A stretch of DNA of 64,000 nt from Nitrospirota bacterium (GTDB lineage: Bacteria > Nitrospirota > UBA9217), in NCBI GenBank assembly GCA_963796285.1, contig CAWCKW010000013.1:288001-352000 (forward strand), given 5' to 3'. The stretch's first letter is position 1. Each line of letters starts with the position of its first letter. Both the position numbers and the translations under genes were made by a program. Of the stretch, positions 9,672 to 19,686 are shown in pieces. The notes below the pieces were generated by a model. The model had not been told where the DNA came from. It saw only the letters and a list, made by a program, of their open reading frames with translations, and did not search any database.

Positions 9672-11615
9672 ATGAAAATAAATCTCACTCAAAAGATCTT
9701 AGCTTCCCATCTCATCGAGGGGGAGCTCGCAGCCGGCAACGAGATCGGCATCAGGATCGACCACACGCTGCTGCAGGACGCAACGGGCACGCTCGCGATG
9801 CTCGAGTTCGAGGCCCTGGGCCTCGACCGCGTGAAGGTGGAGCTTGCAGCGCAGTATGTTGATCACAACCTGCTCCAGACGGACAACAAGAACGCAGACG
9901 ACCACCGGTTCCTCCAGACGGCTGCGGCGAGATTCGGCATCCATTTCAGCAAGCCGGGCAACGGCGTGTCGCACCAGGTACACATGGAACGCTTCGGCGT
10001 GCCCGGTAAGACACTCCTCGGGTCGGACAGCCACACGCCCGGCGCGGCAGGCGTGTCCATGCTCGGCATCGGCGCCGGAGGTCTGGACGTGGCGCTGGCC
10101 ATGGCCGGGTATCCCTATCATCTCCCGTGTCCAAAGGTGCTCGGCGTAAAACTCATCGGCAAGCTGCCTGACTGGGTAAGCGCAAAGGACGTCATCCTGG
10201 AGATGCTCCGGCGCTACGATGTAAAGGGATGCGTGGGAAAGATCATCGAGTATTACGGCCCGGGAGTTGCGTCGCTTTCCGCAACGGACCGCGAGACCAT
10301 CGGCAACATGGGCACCGAGACCGGGGCAACGTCCTCGGTCTTCCCTTCTGATGAACGGACGCGGGAATATCTCGTCGCCCAGGGCAGAGGTGGCGCGTGG
10401 GTGCCGCTCGGCGCGGACGAAGGGGCCGAGTACGACGAATACGACGAGATCGATCTCGCAAAGCTCGAGCCGCTGATCGCAAAGCCGTCATCGCCCGGGA
10501 ACGTCGTGACGGTGCGCGAAGTGGCCGGCATCAAGGTGGACCAGGCCATTGTGGGCAGCAGCGTGAACTCGTCGTACCGTGACCTGATGATCTCAGCCAA
10601 AATGCTTGAGGGAAGGCGCGTCCACCCGGAGACGAACTTTCACGTGAATCCCGGGAGCCGCGAGGTGATCGAGAACGTTGCGCAGCAGGGCGGGCTCCAG
10701 TTGTTCTTCTTTGCGGGCGCGCGCGTGCACGAGCCCGGGTGCCAGGGATGCATCGGTATGGGCCAGGCGCCCGGCACGGGCGAGGTGAGCCTGCGCACCT
10801 TTCCACGGAATTTCCCGGGCAGGTCAGGGACCAAGGACGACCAGGTCTACCTCTGCTCTCCGGAAACCGCTACTGCGGCGGCACTGAAAGGTGCCATCAT
10901 TGACCCGCGCGATCTGGCCAGGGAAATGGCCTATCCCCGTATCCAGGAGCCGACGAAGATAATCATAGAAGAGAAGTCGATCGTTTTTCCCTCGGACGAG
11001 CTGAGAAAGACCGCGATCGTTCGCGGGCCGAACATCAAGCCCCTGCCGATCCTGGAACCATTGCCGGATACCCTCATCGCAACAGTTGCATTGAAGGTAG
11101 GCGACAATGTGTCCACGGACGCCATTATGCCGGCAGGGAACCGGGTCCTGCCGCTTCGTTCGAACATCGAGGCGATCAGTAATTTCGTCTTTTCCCAGGT
11201 CGATCCGGACTTCGCTCAGGCGGCCAAAGCCATGGGCACGGTGGTGATCATCGGGGGTGAGAACTACGGCCAGGGATCGAGCCGCGAGCATGCGGCGCTC
11301 GCGCCGCGTTATCTGGGCGTGCGCGCTAAGATCGTAAAAAGCTTTGCCCGCATCCACAAGTCGAACCTCTGTAATTTCGGCATTCTCCCGCTAACGTTCA
11401 AGGACCAGTCAGAGTATGATAAACTCAACAAGGGCGCTAACCTTGTGTTCCCCGATGTCCGGAAGCGGATCGAGCGGGGTGACAAAGAGATTCCAGTTGA
11501 GGTTGATGGCCGGACGATCATGACAATGCTTGACGTGTCCGACCGACAGAGGAACCATCTGCTGGCAGGCGGAACGCTTAATTTTGTGAAACAGGAACTG
11601 GAAAGAAGCGGATAG
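9672..11615 (+). CDS. acn: Aconitate hydratase (single-chain ~650-aa type)
   Basis: LQDATGT, GSDSHT, CQGCIGMG, RTFPRNFPGRSG, NYGQGSSREHAA. Confidence 0.9.
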   Translation: MKINLTQKILASHLIEGELAAGNEIGIRIDHTLLQDATGTLAMLEFEALGLDRVKVELAAQYVDHNLLQTDNKNADDHRFLQTAAARFGIHFSKPGNGVSHQVHMERFGVPGKTLLGSDSHTPGAAGVSMLGIGAGGLDVALAMAGYPYHLPCPKVLGVKLIGKLPDWVSAKDVILEMLRRYDVKGCVGKIIEYYGPGVASLSATDRETIGNMGTETGATSSVFPSDERTREYLVAQGRGGAWVPLGADEGAEYDEYDEIDLAKLEPLIAKPSSPGNVVTVREVAGIKVDQAIVGSSVNSSYRDLMISAKMLEGRRVHPETNFHVNPGSREVIENVAQQGGLQLFFFAGARVHEPGCQGCIGMGQAPGTGEVSLRTFPRNFPGRSGTKDDQVYLCSPETATAAALKGAIIDPRDLAREMAYPRIQEPTKIIIEEKSIVFPSDELRKTAIVRGPNIKPLPILEPLPDTLIATVALKVGDNVSTDAIMPAGNRVLPLRSNIEAISNFVFSQVDPDFAQAAKAMGTVVIIGGENYGQGSSREHAALAPRYLGVRAKIVKSFARIHKSNLCNFGILPLTFKDQSEYDKLNKGANLVFPDVRKRIERGDKEIPVEVDGRTIMTMLDVSDRQRNHLLAGGTLNFVKQELERSG

Positions 11616-11752
11616 CTGCGGAGGACTAAAAAGTTCAAATCAAGCTACAAAACTTCAAAGAGACAGTATCAAACCTTGACATTGGTTTTGTAAAATTGAT
11701 TGGAACTTTGAGCTTTGTCATTTGTAATGTTTTCTCAGTGTCTCCGTGGCAA
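11616..11752. repeat. Composite palindromic array between acn and gltA
   Basis: AAGTTCAAATCAAGCTACAAAACTTCAAAG ... TTGGAACTTTGAGCTTTGTCATTTG, enclosed by TGCGGAGGACT / AGTGTCTCCGTGGCA. Confidence 0.6.
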
Positions 11753-11775
11753 TAGATTCTCTTTTGGAGGGTGTA

Positions 11776-12957
11776 ATGTCTGAACCCGCAACAACAAAGA
11801 ACATCGGCCTCCGCGGCGTGAAAGTGGCTGACACGAAGATCAGTCACGTCGACGGCGAGAACGGGATCCTCATCTATCGCGGTTACCGCATCGAGGACCT
11901 TGCGAAAAACTCGACTTTCGAGGAAACAGCGTACCTGCTGCTGCATGACAGGTTGCCTGGCGCCGGCGAGCTTGAGGAGTTCAATCGGCAGCTGGTGCGC
12001 GCCCGGCAGATCCCGAGCTTCATTCTCAACACGCTCAAGGACCTGCCGCACGGTGCCCCTCCCATGGACGTGCTCCAGGCGTCGGTCCCGCTCCTGGCCA
12101 TGGCAGATCCTGATGTTACTAATGATTCCCGGGAAGCGAACGTGACAAAGGCCATGAACCTCATCGCCAGTGTCGCGTCACTGGTCGCTGCCTGGCAACG
12201 GATCCGGCATGACAAGGACCCGCTGCCAAACGATGAAGCGCTGTCCCATGCCGGCAATTTTCTGTGGCAGCTGACGGGCGAGAAGCCTGACCCGGAGACA
12301 GCGAAGGATCTTGACACGGCGCTCGTGCTGCATGCGGACCACTCGTTCAATCCATCCACCTTTGCCTGCCGCGAGGTCGTGTCCACGCAAGCGCACATGT
12401 ACGCGGCCGTGGCGGCCGGTGTCGGCGCCTTGTCGGGAAGCCTGCACGGCGGCGCGAATGCGCAGGTGATGAAGATGCTCATGGAGCTGAGGGACGAGAA
12501 GGACGTCCGGGGCTGGGTGAAGAAGCAGCTGGACAGCGGACGGAAGATCATGGGCATGGGCCATGCGGTCTATAAGACGATCGACCCGAGGGCACGGTTC
12601 CTCAAGGAGATGTGCTTCAGGCTCGGGAAAAAACTGGGGCAGGAGCACTGGTGCAACCTCTCGTCTGTGATCGAGGAGAGCGCGGTTTCAGAATTCGAGA
12701 AGCGGGGCAAGACCACGATCAAGCCCAATGTTGATTTCTACAGCGCGCCGGTATACCACATGATGGGGATTCCGGGAGACCTGATGACGCCGATCTTCGC
12801 CGTGTCGCGGATCGCGGGATGGACCGCGCACATCATCGAGGAAAAGTTCGGCGATGCACAGGAGAAGCCCGCGCTCTACCGGCCTTCGTCGGAGTACATT
12901 GGTAATTACTGTGGAAAGACGGGCTGCGCGTATGCTCCGATGGAGACCAGGAAGTAA
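11776..12957 (+). CDS. gltA: Citrate synthase (citrate/2-methylcitrate synthase family)
   Basis: LIYRGY, LHADHSFN, GSLHGGAN, MGMGHAVYK, PNVDFYS; GGAGG RBS. Confidence 0.93.
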   Translation: MSEPATTKNIGLRGVKVADTKISHVDGENGILIYRGYRIEDLAKNSTFEETAYLLLHDRLPGAGELEEFNRQLVRARQIPSFILNTLKDLPHGAPPMDVLQASVPLLAMADPDVTNDSREANVTKAMNLIASVASLVAAWQRIRHDKDPLPNDEALSHAGNFLWQLTGEKPDPETAKDLDTALVLHADHSFNPSTFACREVVSTQAHMYAAVAAGVGALSGSLHGGANAQVMKMLMELRDEKDVRGWVKKQLDSGRKIMGMGHAVYKTIDPRARFLKEMCFRLGKKLGQEHWCNLSSVIEESAVSEFEKRGKTTIKPNVDFYSAPVYHMMGIPGDLMTPIFAVSRIAGWTAHIIEEKFGDAQEKPALYRPSSEYIGNYCGKTGCAYAPMETRK

Positions 12958-13130
12958 GTGGGTCCAGAGTGCGAATTACGGATTGAGATCAGGGAGAGAA
13001 GTAGTATCGGGAATTGAATGACTCGGAGGACGCAATGGCAGGGAAAAGAGAAAAGGTTGAGAAGAGGAGGCTGGGAACATTACGGGCCAGAACGAAAAAT
13101 CTCGTCCCCGCGAAAGAAGGGGTGAAGAAC

Positions 13131-14538
13131 ATGAAGACGGCGACGGTAAAACATAAAACTGCGCAGAGATCGACGCGGATCCTCTCAATCAATCCCTACA
13201 CCGAAGAGGTGATGAAAAAGTTCCCGCTTATGAGCACGGTGGAACTGAACGGGCAGGTGGGCCAGTCTCGTGCTGCTTTTGTGAAGTGGCGCGATGTCCC
13301 TGTTGCGAACCGGGCAGCCTTGATGAAGAACCTGGCAACAGTGCTTCGCGCGGAAAAGAGGAATTATGCCGAGCTTATCACCAAAGAGATGGGAAAGCCC
13401 ATCAGGGAGGCGCTTGCTGAGGTCGAGAAGTGCGCTGTGCTCGCGGACTACTATGCAGCGAACGCTGTGGAGTTCCTGAAACCCGAGGAAATCAAGACCG
13501 AAGCAAAGAAGAGCTACGTCATGTACCAGCCCCTGGGCATTGTGTTGGCAGTCATGCCCTGGAACTTCCCGTTCTGGCAGGCGCTGCGGTTCGGCGTGCC
13601 CGCGGTCGCCGCAGGGAACGTGGCGCTGCTGAAACACGCGTCGAACGTACCCATGACCGCGCTGGCAATCGAGGAGGCCTTTACCAAGGCCGGTTTCCCG
13701 GACAGCGTGTTCAAAACTCTGCTGATCGACGTCTCGCAAACGCTCGGGCTCATTGACGACGACCTGGTGGACGCTGTGTCGCTCACGGGCAGCAACCGGG
13801 CAGGCGAGGACATCGGGGCGCATGCAGGCAAGAAGATCAAGAAGGTCGTGCTCGAACTCGGAGGCTCGGACCCCTACATCGTGCTCGAGGATGCTGATGT
13901 CGAGAAAGCGGGCAGGATGGCGGCTAACGCGCGCATGATCAACACGGGTCAGAGCTGTATTGCCGCAAAGCGCTTCATTGTTATGGACACGATCGCGGAG
14001 GAGTTCACGAAGCACTTCATCGCCCGGCTCAAGGAGCTGAAGATGGGAGACCCGATGGACGAGGGCACGGACATCGGCACCGTGGCAAGGAAGGATATCC
14101 TCGACGGTTTGAAGGAGCAGCTCCGGGACGCGAAGGCAAAAGGCGCACATCGTGCTGACCAGCGGCCAAACCTTCACCAAAGGGCTCTTCTTCACGCCCA
14201 GCGTCGTCCTGAACACCAAACCGAACATGAAGGTCATGACCGAGGAGGTCTTCGGCCCGATTGCCCCGATCATCACCGTCAAGGACGAGGACGAGGCGAT
14301 CAGTGTGGCGAACGATACGGAGTTCGGCCTTGGAGCGTCCCTCTGGAGCAGGGACCTTGCGCGGGCCGAGCGGCTTGCGGCGCGGATCGAGGCCGGAACG
14401 GTAACGATCAACGACATGGTGAAGTCCGACCCGCGTCTGCCCTTCGGCGGCATCAAAAAATCCGGCGTCGGCAGGGAGATGTCGCATCACGGTTTGAAGG
14501 AGTTCGTGAACGTGAAGACTATCGTAGTGAGGGAATAA
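13131..14538 (+). CDS. gabD: NAD(P)-dependent succinate-semialdehyde dehydrogenase (Sad/SsaD type); one frameshift near 14145-14150
   Basis: MPWNFPFWQ, LKHASNVP, LELGGSDP, NTGQSCIAAKRF in ORF 13014..14552. The C-terminus (EEVFGP, PFGGIKKSGVGRE) continues in ORF 14152..14538. Confidence 0.85.
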
Positions 14539-14555
14539 TCATGAAGCAATGATTA

Positions 14556-14888
14556 ACCGCGGAGACGCTGAGACGCAGAGAAAGACAAAAAATGCCGCGT
14601 AATCACAAATGGACACGGTTAGATAATAAGAAAGAAGAGGCCGTAGGCGAAGCAACGCCAGTGTGGAAATGTCAATGTCCATGTCATAAGGTTGGACAGA
14701 TCGTGATTCATCCAGTGCCATGCTGTGAACCCTGTCCATATTGTAAAAAGAATGTTGCAAGAGGGGCATTGATTGAACACCTGAAGGATTGCAGTAAATA
14801 TCAAAAGACATGAAATAGTTTCTTAAGTTTTTCTCCGTGTCTCCGTTTATGGCCGCGTTTTGGCAACAGCAGGCTACGTCTCTGCGGT
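14556..14888. mobile_element. Palindromic-arm cassette enclosing a small ORF
   Basis: Left arm ACCGCGGAGACGCTGAGACGCAGAGAAA (14556-14583); right arm TTTCTCCGTGTCTCCG[31 bp]CGTCTCTGCGGT (to 14888). Confidence 0.65.
14592..14813 (+). CDS. Small Cys/His-rich hypothetical protein (putative metal-binding)
   Basis: 73 aa with CQCPCH...HPVPCCEPCPYC...H..DC; AT-richer than its neighbours; exactly fills the space between the repeat arms. Confidence 0.55.
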   Translation: MPRNHKWTRLDNKKEEAVGEATPVWKCQCPCHKVGQIVIHPVPCCEPCPYCKKNVARGALIEHLKDCSKYQKT

Positions 14889-14911
14889 GAAAATTTATTT
14901 GGAGTTCTGGA

Positions 14912-16546
14912 ATGAAGGCATCCGATCTGTTCGTCAAGCAGCTGGAAGAGGAAGGCGTCGAATATATCTTCGGCCTGCCGGGTGAGGAAAACCTGCACTT
15001 TCTCGAATCGCTCCGCACATCGTCGATCAAGGTTATCATCACCCGCCACGAGCAGACCGCGGCGTTCATGGCCGCCACCTACGGCCGGCTCACCGGCAAG
15101 GCAGGCGTGTGCTTTGCGACACTCGGGCCGGGGGCCTTGAACCTGGTAACGGGAGTGGCCCATGCCCAGCTCATCGGCGCCCCGTTCGTATCCATCTCAG
15201 GCCAGAAGGCGCTCCGGGAGAACCGTCAGGCCCGCTTCCAGCTCGTCGATATCGTTAGCCTGATGCGGCCGATCACCAAGGACGCCGTATCCATCGTCGA
15301 TCCGGGAATGGTCCCGACGATCCTCCGGAACGCCTTTAAGCTCGCCCAGGCAGAGAGGCCGGGTGCGGTACATCTGGAACTTCCCGAGGATGTCGCGGAA
15401 AGCGAGACCGATGCAACGGTGCAGAAGCGGGGCCTCGTGCGCAGGCCCGTACCCGATGCCAAGGCGCTCATGCGGGCCGCTGGCCTGATCGATAAGTCGA
15501 AAAATCCGCTCATCATCCTGTCATCGGGCGCGAACCGGAACCTGATCACCAGACAACTGGTGCAGTTCATTGAGAAGACGGGGATCTTTGCCGTACACAC
15601 CCAGATGGGCAAGGGAGTGCTGAGCGATGCGTCGGACCACAGCCTCTTTGCGACGGGAGTTCACCGGCGCGATTACGTCAACTGCGGCATCGACCGGGCG
15701 GATTTGATCATCACGATCGGATATAACATCGTCGAATATCCTCCCTATGTCTGGAACAAGGGCCTCGACAAGAAGATCATTAATATTGATTTCACCGAAG
15801 CGGAGGTGGACCGGTACTATGACCCCGATATCGAGGTCATCGGCGATATCTCCTGCTCGCTCCGGCAGCTCGCGGAACTGATCACGGAAAGGAAGAACGG
15901 TGATACGTTCAAGACCATCCGGGAATTCCTCGACCGGAAGCTTTCGCTCGCATTCAAGAAACAGTATCCCCTGACGCCGCAGCAGGTCGTTTGGCATGTG
16001 CGGGATGTGCTGGCGCATGAGGACATCCTGTCACTGGATAACGGGATCTACAAACTGTGGTTCTCGCGCCTGTACAAGACCTACCGGCCCAATACGTTCC
16101 TGCTGGACAATGCGCTCGCGACCATGGGCGCGGGGCTGCCCGCAGGCATTGCCGCCAGGATGATCAGACCGGATAGGAAGGTCCTTGCGGTCGTGGGAGA
16201 CGGCGGGTTCATGATGAACTCCCGGGAGCTGGAAACCGCGCTGCGGTACAATGTTCCGCTCGTCGTCCTGGTCCTGAATGACAATGCCTTCGGGTTCATC
16301 AAGTGGGAGCAGCAGGCCAAGGGATACCCCTGCTTCGGGCTCGACTATGGGAACCCTGACTTTGTGAAGTACGCCGAAAGCTACGGCGCCGTCGGCATCA
16401 AGGTCCAAGACGGGGACGACCTGTCCGAACTTCTGCGGAAGGCCTTTGCAATGAAGACCGTCGTGCTCATCGAATGCCCGATCGATTATTCGGTCAATTA
16501 CGAGACGTTCTCACAAGAGCTTGCCAATATCGTGTGCGAACGCTGA
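14912..16546 (+). CDS. TPP-dependent acetolactate-synthase-like enzyme (possible 2-oxoglutarate decarboxylase)
   Basis: GVEYIFGLPGEENL, RHEQ, TLGPGALN, GDGGFMMN...LNDN TPP motif; no ilvN small subunit nearby. Confidence 0.85.
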   Translation: MKASDLFVKQLEEEGVEYIFGLPGEENLHFLESLRTSSIKVIITRHEQTAAFMAATYGRLTGKAGVCFATLGPGALNLVTGVAHAQLIGAPFVSISGQKALRENRQARFQLVDIVSLMRPITKDAVSIVDPGMVPTILRNAFKLAQAERPGAVHLELPEDVAESETDATVQKRGLVRRPVPDAKALMRAAGLIDKSKNPLIILSSGANRNLITRQLVQFIEKTGIFAVHTQMGKGVLSDASDHSLFATGVHRRDYVNCGIDRADLIITIGYNIVEYPPYVWNKGLDKKIINIDFTEAEVDRYYDPDIEVIGDISCSLRQLAELITERKNGDTFKTIREFLDRKLSLAFKKQYPLTPQQVVWHVRDVLAHEDILSLDNGIYKLWFSRLYKTYRPNTFLLDNALATMGAGLPAGIAARMIRPDRKVLAVVGDGGFMMNSRELETALRYNVPLVVLVLNDNAFGFIKWEQQAKGYPCFGLDYGNPDFVKYAESYGAVGIKVQDGDDLSELLRKAFAMKTVVLIECPIDYSVNYETFSQELANIVCER

Positions 16547-16681
16547 ACCATCCCGGGAAACTGTTGTAAAGCGTTAATTCAAAAACGCCACCGAGCTGCA
16601 ATAACCTGATCCTTCAGTCCAGAATGCAGCTTGACAAATGCCGGATTATGAGCAATTATTTAAATAAAAAGGAGGCCTGAG

Positions 16682-17122
16682 ATGAAAAAGAATATATGTG
16701 CAGGGTTTTCGTTGGGACTACTGTTGAGCATTATGTGTCTGGTACTTGCGGGATGCGGGGGGGGAAGCGGCGGTGGTGACAACGCTGTCGCGTCGTCGGT
16801 CACGGTCGTGGACTGTTCAACAGTAACACCGGCGGCTACTGTCACGGCAGAAGGAACGCTCCAATTCAGTCCCGATACCGTCACAATACCGGTGAACAAC
16901 GTGGTACGGTGGATCAGCGCCAGCACCCTCGCCCACACTGTGACGAGCGGGATAGTGACGGGCGGAACAGTGACGACAGCGTCGCCGGACGGAAAATTTG
17001 ACCAACCTCTCAACACTAACGGCTCGTCCGTATGTCTCAAGTTCACCGCGGCAGGGACATACAATTACTATTGTACGTTTCACTATGCTATGGGTATGAA
17101 AGGCGTCGTCACGGTCCAGTAA
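16682..17122 (+). CDS. Cupredoxin (plastocyanin/azurin-like) lipoprotein
   Basis: Lipobox LAGC, Gly linker, HTVTSG and YYCTFHYAMGMKG type-1 copper ligands; AGGAGG RBS. Confidence 0.85.
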   Translation: MKKNICAGFSLGLLLSIMCLVLAGCGGGSGGGDNAVASSVTVVDCSTVTPAATVTAEGTLQFSPDTVTIPVNNVVRWISASTLAHTVTSGIVTGGTVTTASPDGKFDQPLNTNGSSVCLKFTAAGTYNYYCTFHYAMGMKGVVTVQ

Positions 17123-17211
17123 CCGCGGCCACGGTAGGAAGTCATACCAGCGCATTTTTTGATCGCAATTGCTGCGCACATCCCTGCCTGCTGGGAAGAC
17201 GATGGAAAAAT

Positions 17212-17254
17212 AAACGCCCCTATGCAGTTGTAAAGCACAGGGGCGTTTTCTTTT
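17212..17254 (+). terminator. Intrinsic terminator
   Basis: AAACGCCCCT...AGGGGCGTTT followed by TCTTTT. Confidence 0.65.
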
Positions 17255-17456
17255 GGCCTCTGCTTATGCGCCGGCACGTGAGAGCTCCAGATTGTGGAAT
17301 AACATGCTATAGTTCAGTTTTAATGTATGGCAGCGCCGCAGAATCAGTCTAAGCAATAACCATAGATCAGGATTGTTTTTGGAACTAAAAGCTCAGCATG
17401 GTATAATGCCACAACACCTATGAAAATAAAGACCACGGGTCTGCGGAGATCGAACG

Positions 17457-18089
17457 ATGCAACCGGTAGAGAAAAAAGATTTTGACAAGGAAGCAGCACA
17501 GTGGGACGCAAACCCGGGCCGGGTGAAGCTCGCGAATGAGGTGGCCGCCGCGATCATCAGAGAGGCAATGCCTGCGAACAACATGGACGTGCTGGACTTC
17601 GGGTGCGGGACCGGCCTGGTCACGCTCAGATTGCAGCCTCTCGTCAGGACCATCGTTGGCGTGGACAGCTCACCAGGCATGCTTGGTGTACTGGAGGGCA
17701 AGATCAGGACACAGGGTCTCAAGAACGTCGAGACTCGGTTTGTCGATTTTGATAAGGGCGATCTCATCGAGGGCAGGTTTAATCTACTCGTAAGCAGCAT
17801 GACCCTGCACCATGTGCCGGACCCGGCAAGGCTCTTCAAACAATGGCACGATCTCCTTCTGCCGGGAGGGCTCCTATGCTTTGCCGATCTCGATGCTGAA
17901 GACGGATCGTTCCATGGCGACAACACCGGAGTGTTCCATCTGGGCTTTGACCGTGATCATCTGAATAAACTTCTTCTCACGGCCGGGTTTCGCGACATTC
18001 GTGATACGACGGCAACGACAATGATGCGGGACGTTGCGGGAAAAGGTGAAAAAGCTTTTCCGGTGTTTTTGATCGTTGCACGGAAATAG
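17457..18089 (+). CDS. Class I SAM-dependent methyltransferase
   Basis: VLDFGCGTG, VDSSPGML, SMTLHHV. Confidence 0.9.
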   Translation: MQPVEKKDFDKEAAQWDANPGRVKLANEVAAAIIREAMPANNMDVLDFGCGTGLVTLRLQPLVRTIVGVDSSPGMLGVLEGKIRTQGLKNVETRFVDFDKGDLIEGRFNLLVSSMTLHHVPDPARLFKQWHDLLLPGGLLCFADLDAEDGSFHGDNTGVFHLGFDRDHLNKLLLTAGFRDIRDTTATTMMRDVAGKGEKAFPVFLIVARK

Positions 18090-18110
18090 AACTAAATATA
18101 TTCTTTACAT

Positions 18111-18175
18111 CCCCTCATCCTGAGCTGGTCAAGGAATATGGTTGTCGTGGTTCGACAGGGTTACAACGATCGGAT
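18111..18175. repeat. Degenerate REP-like element
   Basis: CTCATCCTGAGCTGGTCAAGGA ... GTGGTTCGACAGGGTTACAACGATCGG imperfect inverted pair. Confidence 0.35.
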
Positions 18176-18207
18176 GATATGATCACGAACGAATACTAAG
18201 CAAGCAT

Positions 18208-19308
18208 ATGCCCGCAACCATCATCTCTCAATTCTCTATACCCGGCATATTTATCAAGTCTGAGCGATTCGGCTCCGGCCTGATCAACGACACCTTCCTC
18301 TGTGAGTTCGACGACAACGGAGCGCTTCGCAAATACATCCTCCAGCGTATCAACTCGTCGGTATTTGCGCATCCTGATCAGGTGATGCACAATGTCGAGG
18401 CAGTGACTGCGCATATTGTCCAGCGGTTGCGTTTTGAGGGCGTCGTCGATCCGTATGCTATTACACCCGTGCTTATCACCACCCGGAGCGGACGATCGTT
18501 CTTTTTCGATGATAAAGGCGAATCCTGGCGGGCATTCCATTTCATCGACGCCGGCACGGTCTTCAATACGGTCCTGGACAGGAAGCATGCGTACGAGATC
18601 GGTCGTAGTGTCGGACGGTTCCAGTCTCTGGTTTCCGACCTGTCGCCGGATTCGTTGCACGATACGCTCCCGGGATTTCATTACACGCCGAACTATCTCT
18701 CCGAATATGACAAAGAACTGAAGGCTGATGTAAAAAAACGCGCTGCCGCGATCCTCGTTGAGAGGGAGTTCGTCTATCACAGACGGGCACTTGCTCCCGT
18801 GCTGACCGACCTCATCGCTTCGAAAGACCTCCCGCTCCGTATTGTGCACAACGATCCCAAGGTGAATAACATCATGATCCACAGGGAAACCGGGAAAGCA
18901 CTGTGTATGCTCGACCTGGATACCGTGAAGCCCGGGATCGTGCATTTCGATTTCGGCGACTGCGTTCGCTCCGCGGCAAACCGTGCGGGAGAGGATGCGA
19001 AAGACCTCGAATCGATAACCATCGACCTGGAGCTCTTTGAAGCTATCGCCGAAGGCTACTTCAGTGAAGCAGGCGCGTTCCTGACGAAAAGTGAGATCGC
19101 AATGCTGCCCGTTTCCGCTCAGGTGATCACCTTCGAACTTGGCCTCCGTTTCCTTGGCGACTATCTGCGCGGGGACTCCTATTTCAGGATAAAATATCCC
19201 ACCCACAATCTCCATCGCGCCCGGGTGCAGTTCAGGCTTCTCGAAAGCATCGAAAAGGCGCAGCAGCGAATGGCCTCGTGTATCATGCGGCTGTCGCCTT
19301 TTCGCTGA
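18208..19308 (+). CDS. Aminoglycoside-phosphotransferase-family kinase (N-acetylhexosamine 1-kinase-like)
   Basis: GSGLINDTF, YILQRIN, HNDPKVNN, LDLDTV, DFGDCVR. Confidence 0.85.
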   Translation: MPATIISQFSIPGIFIKSERFGSGLINDTFLCEFDDNGALRKYILQRINSSVFAHPDQVMHNVEAVTAHIVQRLRFEGVVDPYAITPVLITTRSGRSFFFDDKGESWRAFHFIDAGTVFNTVLDRKHAYEIGRSVGRFQSLVSDLSPDSLHDTLPGFHYTPNYLSEYDKELKADVKKRAAAILVEREFVYHRRALAPVLTDLIASKDLPLRIVHNDPKVNNIMIHRETGKALCMLDLDTVKPGIVHFDFGDCVRSAANRAGEDAKDLESITIDLELFEAIAEGYFSEAGAFLTKSEIAMLPVSAQVITFELGLRFLGDYLRGDSYFRIKYPTHNLHRARVQFRLLESIEKAQQRMASCIMRLSPFR

Positions 19309-19377
19309 TAATTCCACGTGCAAGAAATGTATGCTATAATTCCTCCATCAACTATCTCTTCGCGAAGGAGGATGATC

Positions 19378-19674
19378 ATGAATATTTTTAAACTTTTTGC
19401 AACGGCGGTCATAGCGATGTTTCTGTTTACCGGTTGTCTATATACGCATATTCTGATGCCCTATGACACGAACCTCGACAAAACCGTGCTGGGACAGAAG
19501 ACGGGCAAGGCAGTTATGTATTCTGTACTGGGACTTGTTGCCTGGGGTGACGCGAGCACGGCAGCGGCTGCCAAACAGGGCGGTCTCTCAACGGTGAACC
19601 ACATGGACAAGGAGTTCCTGAACATCGTCTTCGGCATCTATACCGAGACGACCACGATCGTGTATGGCGATTGA
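19378..19674 (+). CDS. TRL-like family lipoprotein
   Basis: Lipobox FTGC, SVLGLVAWGDASTAAAAKQGG, TIVYGD. Confidence 0.75.
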   Translation: MNIFKLFATAVIAMFLFTGCLYTHILMPYDTNLDKTVLGQKTGKAVMYSVLGLVAWGDASTAAAAKQGGLSTVNHMDKEFLNIVFGIYTETTTIVYGD

Positions 19675-19686
19675 CAGGGGGCGATC

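Noticed and set aside
14140-14155. Programmed frameshift in gabD, or true pseudogenes for rimM/atpF
   Set aside because: No convincing slippery site with a stimulatory structure; the indel density across unrelated genes favours sequencing error.
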